Shown here one piece after another: positions 52,528-62,111 of a stretch of 64,000 bases of DNA. Every line of letters begins with the position of its first letter. Within the stretch, counting starts at the first letter, position 1. The position numbers and the translations under genes were made by a program. This DNA is from Cenococcum geophilum. Lineage: Eukaryota. The DNA lies in the NCBI GenBank assembly GCA_050273025.1, contig CP158635.1, positions 23,932,001 through 23,996,000 of the forward strand, written 5' to 3'. The notes beneath the pieces are model-generated. The model searched no databases. It was given only the letters and a program-made list of their open reading frames with translations, and was not told where the DNA came from.

Positions 52528-54132
52528 TATACTACGCGTGGCTGACGTAAGCTGTACGCGAAGCGTACGCGATGGCACGGGGTTCCGCTAGGGAGTCTCC
52601 TATAGAGGCTCCTGCGGCGGCGTTCCGTGACACCTAATTGCGTTAAGTAGAATAATAATAATAATAACTACATTAGGTACGAGATATGGTAGTGCTTATA
52701 TTACTATACTCTTACTAAAGGACGTCTTTGCCACAAGTATAAGATCTTATCGCTTAAATATTAGCACCCTTAGGGCCTTAAGCTGCTCCGGACGACCGCG
52801 GTACGGATATATCTCTATAATAGCTTTATCTAGCTTACTTATTTAAAGCTTATAAGAGCTACTTATAAGCTAAGGTAGCTCCCTCTATAGGCTATATAGC
52901 CATAAAGACTGCTAGGGAACCGTTTTAATATAATCCCTAGCTTATTAATCTACTTAACTAGCTTATAATTTATGACCTCTTTATCTTATTTGCTTTAATA
53001 AAGGTATTAGTAAATAGCGCTTAAAGGCAGCAGAGGGCGAGTAGAGGGTTAGATAGAGGCAGGGAGGGCTTAAATACGTTATAATAGGTAGATCTTAATA
53101 GGTTTTAATTATTAGACTATAGATATAATAAATAGAGAGTGGGTAGTTAAGATTAACGCGTTATTAGTACGGATATTGCTAATTATATACTTTAGCAATC
53201 CGCGTTATGGCTATTTTAAAATTAATGTTAGGAGCGAGAAAGTAGGGAGACTTCTTATATAAACCATTCAATTCGCTAGAGCTTAGTATATAATTAATAG
53301 ATTTTTTAAGCTGCCTAAACTCGTTAAAATAATAAGTAAATATCCGTAATATTAGCTATGCGGATATCGCGATATGCGTTACAAACGTCAGCTAAAGTGT
53401 CTCAGACCATACAGGGACAGATGGCCTAAACTGGTTTAGTGCCATCGGGCCGGATTTATCCGGTCTCCCATTATGGTCTGAGCATGCTGAGACAATGGAC
53501 GCAGGTGGTTCGTGGGTTTGCCGAGGCTGTCACTGCCCCCACAGCACTGCCCTTACATTGTCGGTGCCTTGCAGGAGTTCCTCGCGGGGAATTTTACACC
53601 AATAAGAAAGCCAGATTGTATGGAAACGTGGAACTTCTTAATTTTCCTCTTTTATTTGCCGCAAAAGTGTATTAAAAACAAGCCACAAGCCACCCAACCC
53701 CCTGCAACGCACCGACAATGTACATGTACAATACTTTCGCCAGATACCATGTCCATGCCCTTACCTGCCCCGAAAGCAGAGGGCACGACGGCGAGAGCAC
53801 AGGGCGGATGAATGAAACAAAGCGGCATAAACAAATGCTGATTGCCGTCCACCGTCATATTTCTGTTCGTGTTACCGGGCGGCGTAATATAAGCGCCCCA
53901 CCAGATCCCTGCCAATCTGCACATGTGTCTTGGAAATCAGTGTTGCGACATTTGTTCATCCTCCTTGCCTGGACACCTAAAAGCCGCTCTCATACCTCAT
54001 GTCGAAAACAACCATCACCTTCAAAACCACCAACCCTCCACCCTTAACTACCCTTCCTGCTCGTTGTCCCCGTCCCCGTCTTCTTATCCACCGGCTGCAA
54101 GAGATGAGACATTGCAGGAAGGACCACCCCTC

Positions 54133-55566
54133 ATGCTTGCTCCGCGAAGACGTCCCGTGCATCTGCTCGTAACTGTCACTTTCTTCACCCTCCTCTTCTT
54201 CTTCTACCGCAAGGCCGCCCGCGAAATCTACCACGCCCAGTTTCCCGGCTCAACTCGCTCCAAATCTCTCACCGAAAACGATCGTGCGAATGCGACGTTA
54301 GGCTTTGGCGCCGTTGTGGTTGTGTCTAAAGATGGCTCCAGCCGGCGCCCGCTTCTGCTGCAAGCCGCCAACGTCACGAATATCCTTCTCACCATCCCGA
54401 GCCAACCACAGTGGACAGACGAAGACGTGAAAAAATTCAACTCGTCGGAAGAGCCGCGAACCGGCCCAAGCATCGGTTCTATATATGCCTGGCTCGGGCA
54501 TCATAATGTGTTGCGGTGGTATGAGTTTCTCCACTCTAGGCGTGTCTGCAAGCCATATAAATGCCTTCATGACCCCCACAACCCATGTCTCACCAACTGA
54601 TTTTCACCACCTCCCAGGTTCCTCGACTCGGGCCTCGAAACCGTACTCATCCTCGAGGATGACGTCGACTTCGACATCCAGCTGCGGTCCCTCCAGATCC
54701 CGCTCGCCGCCCGGGCCGCACGCTCCAAGATCCCGCCGGCGCCCTGGAAATCGACCCTAACGGGCAAACCCAACCCACACTACTGGGGCGATCCAGCACA
54801 CTGGGACCTGCTCTACCTAGGCCACTGCGGCGACTACTTCAAGCCAATCAGCCACGGCGTCGGGCACGTCCGCGCTGACGACCTCGCCGCCCTACCCCAC
54901 GAGCTCTACGTCGACCCTACAATGCCCGCGCGCGCCGACCTACACCCCTTCACCGCGTCGCTCTTCGACGCCTTCCGGCTGCCCGAGCAAACGCGGGCCT
55001 TCCACCGCTCCCAATTCCCGCTCTGCACCTTCGGCTACGCCGTCACCCGCCCCGCCGCCGAGCGCCTCCTAACCGACCTCGCGCCCGCCTCGAACCCGTC
55101 CGCCGAAAGACACCTCGCCGGGGCCTACGACGTCGCGATCCTCAGGGCCTGCCGCGAGGGCGAGAAAACACCCTCCCCGACCCCGCCGCGCCGCCGCAAC
55201 CCGCACCCGCACCCCAACCCGGCCCTCCGCCACAAGTTCGCCAGCCCCGGCCTGCGCTGCTGGTCCCTCAACCCGGAGCTCTTCCACCACATGCCGGGCA
55301 GTAGCCAGATCGCCCAGATAGCCATCGAGGCCGAGCGCCCTGTCGGCACCCCGCCTGTGGATGCTGCGGGCGCGGAGCAGGCGCGGGCGCGCAACGAGAC
55401 GAGCAATATCCGCTGCGGCTTCTGGAGCGGGGCGTTTGCGTTTGGGGAGGGGGATTCGAGCCGGTTGGAGTATTTGCGCGAGGAGGTCGGGCGGAAGGGG
55501 AGGTGTTTGAAGGGCGGGAGGGAGAGGAGATGGGCTGCGAGGTGGGCTGGGTGGTGGGCGAGTTGA
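54133..55566 (+). CDS. Glycosyltransferase family 25-like type II membrane protein, 2 exons: 54133-54518 and 54618-55566
   Basis: N-terminal TM segment, ANATLGFGAVVVVS, AWLGH, LILEDDVDFD, WDLLYLGHCG, CTFGYAVT. Intron 54519-54617 (GTATGA...ACTGAT...CCAG) keeps the frame to TGA at 55564-66. Confidence 0.88.
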
Positions 55567-57076
55567 GAGGGCGGGTGGCGCGTGAGGCGGCCTGGAGCTG
55601 ACCCGGCCTTTGTATATTTGGGACTCATTCGGTTCGCGGCATTCTAGAGGGTTTAGGGGCAATGAAACGAGGAGTTATAGATTGGGGGATGGGATGGATG
55701 GGATGTTTGGGTGGAGGATTCGCGACAGCTGGTCTGCCTGATGTCCACCCTATCTGACGCTGTGCTCTCTCCTTGGTTTTATACTCATGCTTCTTTTTCC
55801 TACGGCTTTTCTTTTGGTTATATATCCTCTCCGGGCAACAGGCTTGTGCGCGGTGTGTATATTAGTGGAAAAGTGGGATACTGCTACCTTCATAGAACGT
55901 GCACTTGGCGAGCTGGATAAGCGGGCGGGTTTTGTGCATGATTGTTGGCAAACACGGACGATGTAAGACTTCATGCAGCTCATGGTTAGCGGCAGCTAAT
56001 GTGCAGCCAGGGAGGGCGCGCGGAAGGCGGATGTAAGCTACAGCTAGATGAAGCGGGAAGTCTAAAAAGGCATATTTGTTTCACGTAAAGTCGTATACGC
56101 GCTAATACGAGAAAGGGTTCTGCAGCCTCGCGCGTCCAGAGGGCTGCGGACTTGGCGAACGGGCGAAGGTCGCACGGAGGCTTTGTGCGAGGACAATGCT
56201 AAGCACAATGCTAAGGGCGAGATTCGCGCACAAAGGGACAATACCCCTGGATGTTGCGCCGCTACAAGGGGAGTGGGCAAAGATAGGATATGCCATCAGG
56301 CATCACAGTTAACCTGTGGCTACTCTTAATCCGTAAGCACTATGCATGTCCAGAGGGATGGTTACACTGTTTTGAATCACATCCATCACAACACGAATTA
56401 GAGATCATCAAACTGCAAAGATAGACTATAAGCCACTTACTACATCCATACGGGAGACAAGAGATAGTCAAAAGAGGGGATATAGTTGGCAACACCCATT
56501 CCCCGCGCCTGCATCTAGCTTCCAAGCCCACCCCTCAAGCCTGGCGCCCAAAAGAAGTCTAGAAACCAGAACACCAGTCCGGGGAAACCACGCCCTTAGA
56601 ATAGTAGGAGCAGAGCAAAGCAAAAGCACAGGTGATCCGGAACTCCGTCGCCAGGCCATAATAACAGCAAAAATGAGAGTATCTTTAATGATATCCATGG
56701 TTGAAGGGACAGAACATAACCGCGCAGTATCTGAACACCATAACTAGGCTACTAGGGGATGAACAGATAGTTGGAATGTGAAATGAGAAGTGGAAGGGGC
56801 ACACAGTCGACAGGATCGAATTGTTCATACCGAATCGCAAGCACAGTTAAGCCCCGATCCCGCGTGTCGGAGGGCTCAGACAGTGCGTAAATAATCCAGC
56901 TTCCATCAAGCCATGGCGTACAAGATCTGCGATTGTCGTTGGGGGAGGAAGAGAAGAAGACCGGCGTGCTTCGAGGCAGAGCGCCGGGTCTTGGGTCTTG
57001 AGCAGAATCATGAATTGAGTGCTGTTGGCAAAAGAGAAGCTGAGGGAGCAAGTCTTAGGCGTCCTAAACAGGCGCT

Positions 57077-57145
57077 TTACATGACAGTGCAGCCGTATCC
57101 GTTGATGGGCGTAGCCTCGAGTTGGGCCTCAGCAATGGGAGACAT
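57077..57145 (-). CDS. Putative a-factor-type lipopeptide mating pheromone precursor, MSPIAEAQLEATPINGYGCTVM (22 aa)
   Basis: ATG in a CAATCAAC-ATG context, CAAX box CTVM immediately before TAA, NGY motif ahead of the Cys, size typical of a-class precursors, upstream 5'-UTR intron. Confidence 0.82.
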   Translation of the reverse strand: MSPIAEAQLEATPINGYGCTVM

Positions 57146-57177
57146 GTTGATTGAGTTGGTTTTGAGGTTTGTTAAAT

Positions 57178-57245
57178 CTAGAAATTGAAGTTAGAGCAAG
57201 CTTTTGACGGATTTCGTGTCGTGCTTGAGTCTGGTAAGAGCGTAC
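57178..57245 (-). other. Putative 68-nt 5'-UTR intron of the pheromone precursor gene
   Basis: Donor GTACGC, branch CTAAC, acceptor TTTCTAG, ending 32 nt upstream of the ATG. Confidence 0.7.
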
Positions 57246-57299
57246 TTGTAAATGGTTGTATGTTCTGGTGGCGGAGAGAAAACGGCGTCCGGCGTCGTT

Positions 57300-57605
57300 G
57301 AGTGAGATATTTATGCCCGTCGTGACAATGAAATTGGTTCCTGGGTTCGCTGCGGTTGAATACCTTGATTTGGAATAAAGAAAACGGGTTGAAGCTTGTA
57401 CTTGGTGTTGCAGATGATAAGTTGAAGAGATTGGGGCGAGGTATAAATAGGTGGCTGTTTTCCTTACCATTGTACCCCTTAGTATTGTTCTCAGCCCACG
57501 AGAAAGCCTAGCTGCTCGTAACTTGCCACAACACTGTGCTTTCCTGTACGTTCATTGTCTTCATGAATAAACAGGATGACACTGGAAGGTTTAACTCTTT
57601 GATGT
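57300..57605 (-). promoter_or_regulatory. Candidate promoter of the pheromone gene with TATA-like and HMG-box-type motifs
   Basis: On the minus strand CATAAATA (57315-08), TATTTATA (57449-42) and ATCAAAG (57603-597). ATTGT/ACAAT cores near 57325, 57469, 57484 and 57554. The motifs are short, so some may be chance. Confidence 0.4.
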
Positions 57606-58809
57606 GTTCTAACTCCTTAATCCAGGCACTAGTTGCTCGAAGGAACGCTTCCGCTTCCACTCGGTGTCCCCAGTGATGAAGACCTCATGATAGCCACGCT
57701 CACCGTTAGACTGTGCGCCTCTGTGGAGACGAATAAGACCTTTTAGAGCGGCGCAGTCTGCTAGAAGCGTATAGGAGACCAGACAGAAGCGCTAAGGCAG
57801 CTTCTATAAAATGAAAAACTTGAAGTATGTCACCAATCTCTAAGCTAGTGTCAGGCCTTGGTAATCTTAACAATCCTCAATGCACTTAGCAAAACAAGAA
57901 GCTACCCTGATGGCTACATATTCAAGGGTACTACTGATGAGAGGAGATACGGTGAACAATCCGACAATGACAAAATTGAGTTTACACGGGAAACGCATCA
58001 TTAATGAAAATGGCCAATCACACTACATGATCAAACCGACGACCATTAACCACATAGGAATTGCTCGAAAATGAGATGTCATTTAGTGAGTCATTGGGCC
58101 TGAGCGGGTTCCAATGCCCGAAGAGAGAACAATACTAAGGGATGCTTTGAAGAAATATATCAGACCGCCGAAGCCCATCCCAACAGTCCGGTTCAGTGAA
58201 CTTTTGGTGAAGCATGGCTTCTCCGTCTGGAGTGACACTAGATATCCTTGGCCCATAATGCAAGCCCGAATAGCTGCTGTTTATCGAGGTGTTGAAGAGG
58301 GAGCGTCGTTTCGTTAAGATTGTTGTAGAGGAAGGGCGCTAGACTCAATGCAGCAAAATGTATCTTGGTGTTCGCCAACCTCAGCCGCCGAACTTCTCCG
58401 CCGAAGATCATCGCGCTCCAAAGAGCCTGCCAGTTTCCTCGCAAAATTCAGCATGGTTGTGTTCTAGGTTCGCAGATTGAAGCAGAAGAATCTGTATTGC
58501 TTTGCCATCATAAGGTTCTAGGGCATGGTAACACCTTCTGCACGCCGTTCAATCGATGCTTTCACATGCAATATCTTAAGACATGACTAGTGTCCACCGG
58601 AATTTGAGGCTATATATTGTCCTAATTGGCGCTGCCAGTAGGGCCGGTCCTTTTGGTGCGAACTAGCGGTTAACAACTGTATGCTCTTGTTCTGGTTTCA
58701 ACCTAAAGACGATATCTGTATGATCATACAGTATATGAAGCAATGCTCTCTTAATGCAGATAAAATCTACGCATACAGACAGAACAGGACAAAACCCTAA
58801 TCTAAAGCA

Positions 58810-61461
58810 TCAAATCTTCCACTCGTACTTTTTCTTGATCATCGGCAATATATCCAATTCGTACCGTTCGTAGCTATGCCCCGGAAGATCTTCGATCACG
58901 GCACGGAGGTCCATCTCTTCAGAGTCTCCTCCAAGAGTGTCCAAGATTGGAGACTTAAGCTCTCTTAAACGCCGCACGAACGCGCGTTTATACGGCGTGT
59001 TCTCGTACATCTCCTCGACTTCTAGACGATCTTCGGTCTTAAAGTGGCCTGCGGGCCACGGTGGTAGATTGGAATACTCTCTACCGTCTAAGATCCCTGG
59101 CAGGCCGCTATTGAAGTCAAGAGGGACCGTGATGATTTGCTCCCAGTCGATCAAAGCGGCTGCCTGGTCACAGGAGCCGACCATAACATTGCTCTCTGAG
59201 ATATCCCAGTGGCGAAGGTAGGTGGAGTTGGGGCCGAGTGACTTCTGTCCGATAATATGAGATATCGCTTTGTGGAGACCGCAGCCGAGTCGGTGGACAT
59301 CATCGAGAGACTCGCTGGACCATACTGTAGGACTCTGGCTGGCTTCATGGTCTTTTGCAGCCTGACGGAGCATAGCGATAGAATTCTCGTTTTGCAATGC
59401 ATCCGCCTGGATCTGAGCATCGATAGTATCGGAGCCAATCAGCTGGGTGATTCTTGAGACCAGATCTCGGCCTAACTTGTGCTCTCTTCTTAACTCCCGA
59501 AGCTCCTTGATACGGTCTACTGCAGATTTATCTCTCGAATTCCATACAACTGCCGCAACTGCCCAGATCCATCGACCGGCTTCAACATCGAGCTTTCTCT
59601 CTGTGCTCATATCGACCAGCAATCTTGCTATTTCATCTTCCAACTTCCTCACTTCCTTCCGTATCTGCGAGGCTCGATGGTTGATGTCTAACTTTTCATC
59701 CCTCAACTCAAGCTCTCGCACCCTCATTTTTTCCCTGAACTCCACCTCTAGATGAGGCTCATCTTCAACCTTGAATTTTGTCTCCGGATCATTTGCTTCT
59801 GCCAGCTGAACTTCAAGCAACGCATGATAGCATTCAGCTAAGCTTCCGTACGGGCCGTGGAAGACCTCATACTGTGCCCGCTTGGCTGGCATAAATGTCT
59901 GATAAACGATAGGCCCCAGCTTGAACTGTCCGAAGTCAGGCGAAGTACGGTCCCACTGGCAGTACAAGCTGCCGATTCCATCGAACGTCAACTTGGACAA
60001 TTGATCCATCCACTCGGCAATCTTCCTTTTGACCTCAAGCTTCGCCCCGGTCGACATATAATCCGCCGCATCCCCGTAGCTTTCACCCTGGATTTTCTCC
60101 ATCAGGATCCACTCGAGCCCGACCGCGTTGTTCATGGAGGAGTCGAAGGCATAAACTCTGGGAACCGGGATAGTAGTGTTGATGCGAACATACTCCATGG
60201 TAGCGACTTCACTCTGCACCTTGTACCAAGGCACAACCGGTAGCGCTACTCGAAAAATACATTCATGTCTCGCTCCCGTTTGTTCGTCAATCGAGCTGAC
60301 TGTGTATGCCTTATTCCATGAACCTTCGGTAAGATACTCGACAGTGATGTCGGCATTCGGAAATCCGCAATGACCCCAGAACGGCTGGACGGCCTCTTTA
60401 ATACGCCCCACATCAGGTTCCATTACCCACTTGGGATCCCAATGCATCTGACCATCAGTATTCCATGCCATTACACCCTTTTGGCAGTCCACAGGATTTT
60501 CGGGCGGTCCTGAGAAGGAAACACAGATTGGGATCTGCACATTGTTGTGGGTATCGAGGGGAACTTCAGCGTCATCTTCGGCAATGCCTATGTGTCGAAC
60601 GAACTCGTCTGTAGATTGATCTTTACATGGTGCCAAGAGGCCTCCTGACGGTCGCAACGTAGAAGACGGTTGCGATCTACATTTGGCTGACACTGTGATT
60701 TCATGTGAGAAGCGAGAATCGAAGTGATTGATTTGGGGAGCTTCGAAAGGTCCAGTTGCGTCGATTGCTTTGGTTGAGCTTTCCTTGGTAGATGATGTAG
60801 TCGATGCAATGCTGGACTGTCTTGAACCAATCATGGCCTCTTCAGTTTGTTGAGCTGAGGATTGGGAATACTCGACAAGTGTGTCGGTGAATTCTAAAAC
60901 TGGTTGAGCTATCACCTGATACGGTAGCGTTGGAACAGAATTAGGGTCCTCTCCAGTCTGAGCTTGTCCCCCTGATTCTATTGATTGGTATCCTGAGTCG
61001 TGTGACAACATCTTACGAAGACTGTTCTGGATGTCCGCTTCGACAAATGTGATGCCAGAGTCGCTCGGGGTTGCCATTTGGTTTTCGACTTCGTCCGAGT
61101 CAGTCATGAAAGTATCTGCATTGCTAGGAGATGCGAAGCTGTGTCCCTGAGGAACGGATTGCCCTTCGTTCTTCGTATTACGAAGTAGGTGGGAACGAGG
61201 GCGATGCGTAGTGTATCGGAAGGGCCTCGCGGGTTTCGACTTCAGATTTCTCCACGTGGAGCGAGGAATGACAGCATTTGATCTGTCCAGTAGGACCCTG
61301 TCTAGGACTTTCGTATCTCTGGTTCTAATATTGCTGGCTTCGATTTCACGGGCTTTGCCACCGCTAAGACTATCGCTAGGTTTTTGGATGGTCTGCTTGT
61401 CTACTTTCGACTTCTCGGTGCTGGTCTCCTGGAGCTCCCCTAACTTCCGCTTGAAACCCAT
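58810..61461 (-). CDS. Aminoglycoside-phosphotransferase-family (kinase-like) protein, 883 aa, intronless
   Basis: EGSWNKAY, IFRVALP, SEVATMEYVR..T.IPVPRVYAFD, WILMEKIQG, FDGIGSLY, catalytic HWDISESNVMV, IDWE. Long low-complexity N-terminus. Confidence 0.85.
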   Translation of the reverse strand: MGFKRKLGELQETSTEKSKVDKQTIQKPSDSLSGGKAREIEASNIRTRDTKVLDRVLLDRSNAVIPRSTWRNLKSKPARPFRYTTHRPRSHLLRNTKNEGQSVPQGHSFASPSNADTFMTDSDEVENQMATPSDSGITFVEADIQNSLRKMLSHDSGYQSIESGGQAQTGEDPNSVPTLPYQVIAQPVLEFTDTLVEYSQSSAQQTEEAMIGSRQSSIASTTSSTKESSTKAIDATGPFEAPQINHFDSRFSHEITVSAKCRSQPSSTLRPSGGLLAPCKDQSTDEFVRHIGIAEDDAEVPLDTHNNVQIPICVSFSGPPENPVDCQKGVMAWNTDGQMHWDPKWVMEPDVGRIKEAVQPFWGHCGFPNADITVEYLTEGSWNKAYTVSSIDEQTGARHECIFRVALPVVPWYKVQSEVATMEYVRINTTIPVPRVYAFDSSMNNAVGLEWILMEKIQGESYGDAADYMSTGAKLEVKRKIAEWMDQLSKLTFDGIGSLYCQWDRTSPDFGQFKLGPIVYQTFMPAKRAQYEVFHGPYGSLAECYHALLEVQLAEANDPETKFKVEDEPHLEVEFREKMRVRELELRDEKLDINHRASQIRKEVRKLEDEIARLLVDMSTERKLDVEAGRWIWAVAAVVWNSRDKSAVDRIKELRELRREHKLGRDLVSRITQLIGSDTIDAQIQADALQNENSIAMLRQAAKDHEASQSPTVWSSESLDDVHRLGCGLHKAISHIIGQKSLGPNSTYLRHWDISESNVMVGSCDQAAALIDWEQIITVPLDFNSGLPGILDGREYSNLPPWPAGHFKTEDRLEVEEMYENTPYKRAFVRRLRELKSPILDTLGGDSEEMDLRAVIEDLPGHSYERYELDILPMIKKKYEWKI

Positions 61462-62111
61462 GATAGACTAAGTGGAGGTAATTAAAGATTAAGGAGTCGA
61501 AGGTGTTTCGATAAAGAGATTGGGACCAAACTGCACTTGGTGTGATCGATATGGGTTGATGTTGGTTTCTGATGGTTTTGGTTGAAAGGATGAGGCAGAA
61601 AAAGTGTTTGGAAAAAGAGCAGTCGAGAACCTGGAGAAAAAATCTGCGTTTGGCTTCTGACTCATAAAAAAAATTGTATTGATGTAAACGTCTGAAAAAT
61701 GGCGTGGTGGCTATCATTTATTCAGCCACCGGCCTTCTTCAGTGCTCTTATCAATAAAATATGTTCAATACTGAAAGATATTGAAGATTGAATATTTTTA
61801 AGGTTGAGGTGGCAAAAATAAGGTAAATATACCAGCAAATGACTCTCGGGCCTCCTTACAATATGTGCGCATTTTAAATTTGTTAGGTTAACCCATAGAA
61901 ATTTAAAATTACTAAATATTAAATTATATCTTGCAAGCCACCGCGCACAACATCGTCAATTTTGACGATTTTTGCAACCCCTGTACTGTCGACCGTTGAC
62001 CACCTTGTTGCCTACCACCCTCCTTGTTGTCTGCACCTACCTCGTGCATATATAGTTTCTTTTCTTACATATTTCCCAGTCAACGCGTACACTCTACCTT
62101 TGATCAACGCC

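Larger units (their letters stand above)
34967..52632 (-). mobile_element. Ty3/Gypsy LTR retrotransposon, RIPed, host to a second Gypsy and a four-element stack
   Basis: About 205-bp LTRs at 34967-35171 and about 49314-52632 (interrupted), TSD CCTAA (34962-66, 52633-37), PPT next to the left LTR, RT LAYLDNILIY near 46115. Confidence 0.93.
29600..53082 (-). pseudogene. RecQ-like SF2 helicase of the outer element, split into pieces about 53082-52633, 34961-34640, 31280-31125 and 30871-29600
   Basis: Walker A AKTSF(G)KS at 52731-52708, V(DE).(H)L..(W)GETF at about 34760-34720, (AC)T(A)TL at about 34655-34640, T.I(DRP)EL near 31200, KTIIFF near 30745, RILV..EA..(G).DI(PD) at about 30560-30510, degenerate Q.FGRAGR at about 30455-30430, Cys-rich Zn region at about 30050-29970. 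Bracketed residues are RIP back-corrections. Start and end are approximate. Confidence 0.85.
12094..53495 (-). mobile_element. TIR DNA element with 9-bp TSD carrying a RecQ-like helicase (AcademH-like), swollen to 41.4 kb by nested insertions
   Basis: Left end TTGACTCAGCATGCTCAGACTA (12094-12115). Reverse complement of right end TTGTCTCAGCATGCTCAGACCA (53474-53495), 20/22 match. TGGACGCAG lies directly outside both ends (12085-12093, 53496-53504). The superfamily call is an inference from TSD length plus helicase. Confidence 0.8.

Noticed and set aside
29600..53082. Telomere-linked helicase or host SGS1 gene
   Set aside because: No telomeric array nearby (the GGTTAGGGTT hits near 3380 and 4670 are inside a Gypsy). 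The gene is enclosed by TIRs and is RIPed, implying a repeated sequence.
12094..53495. Starship giant element
   Set aside because: No DUF3435-type captain gene at either end and no host-like cargo. The tyrosine recombinases present are internal Cryptons and the ends are TIRs with a 9-bp TSD.
12094..53495. Centromere
   Set aside because: AT-rich TE blocks can be centromeric in these fungi, but nothing in the sequence alone distinguishes this one. CenH3 ChIP or Hi-C would be needed.
57129..57470. 113-aa ORF on the minus strand
   Set aside because: It spans the candidate TATA, 5'-UTR and intron of the pheromone gene in another frame and has no recognisable features.
57600..58600. Short ORFs 57880-58074 and 58114-58317
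   Set aside because: No motif or convincing splice structure. They could be a decayed gene but I cannot support a call.
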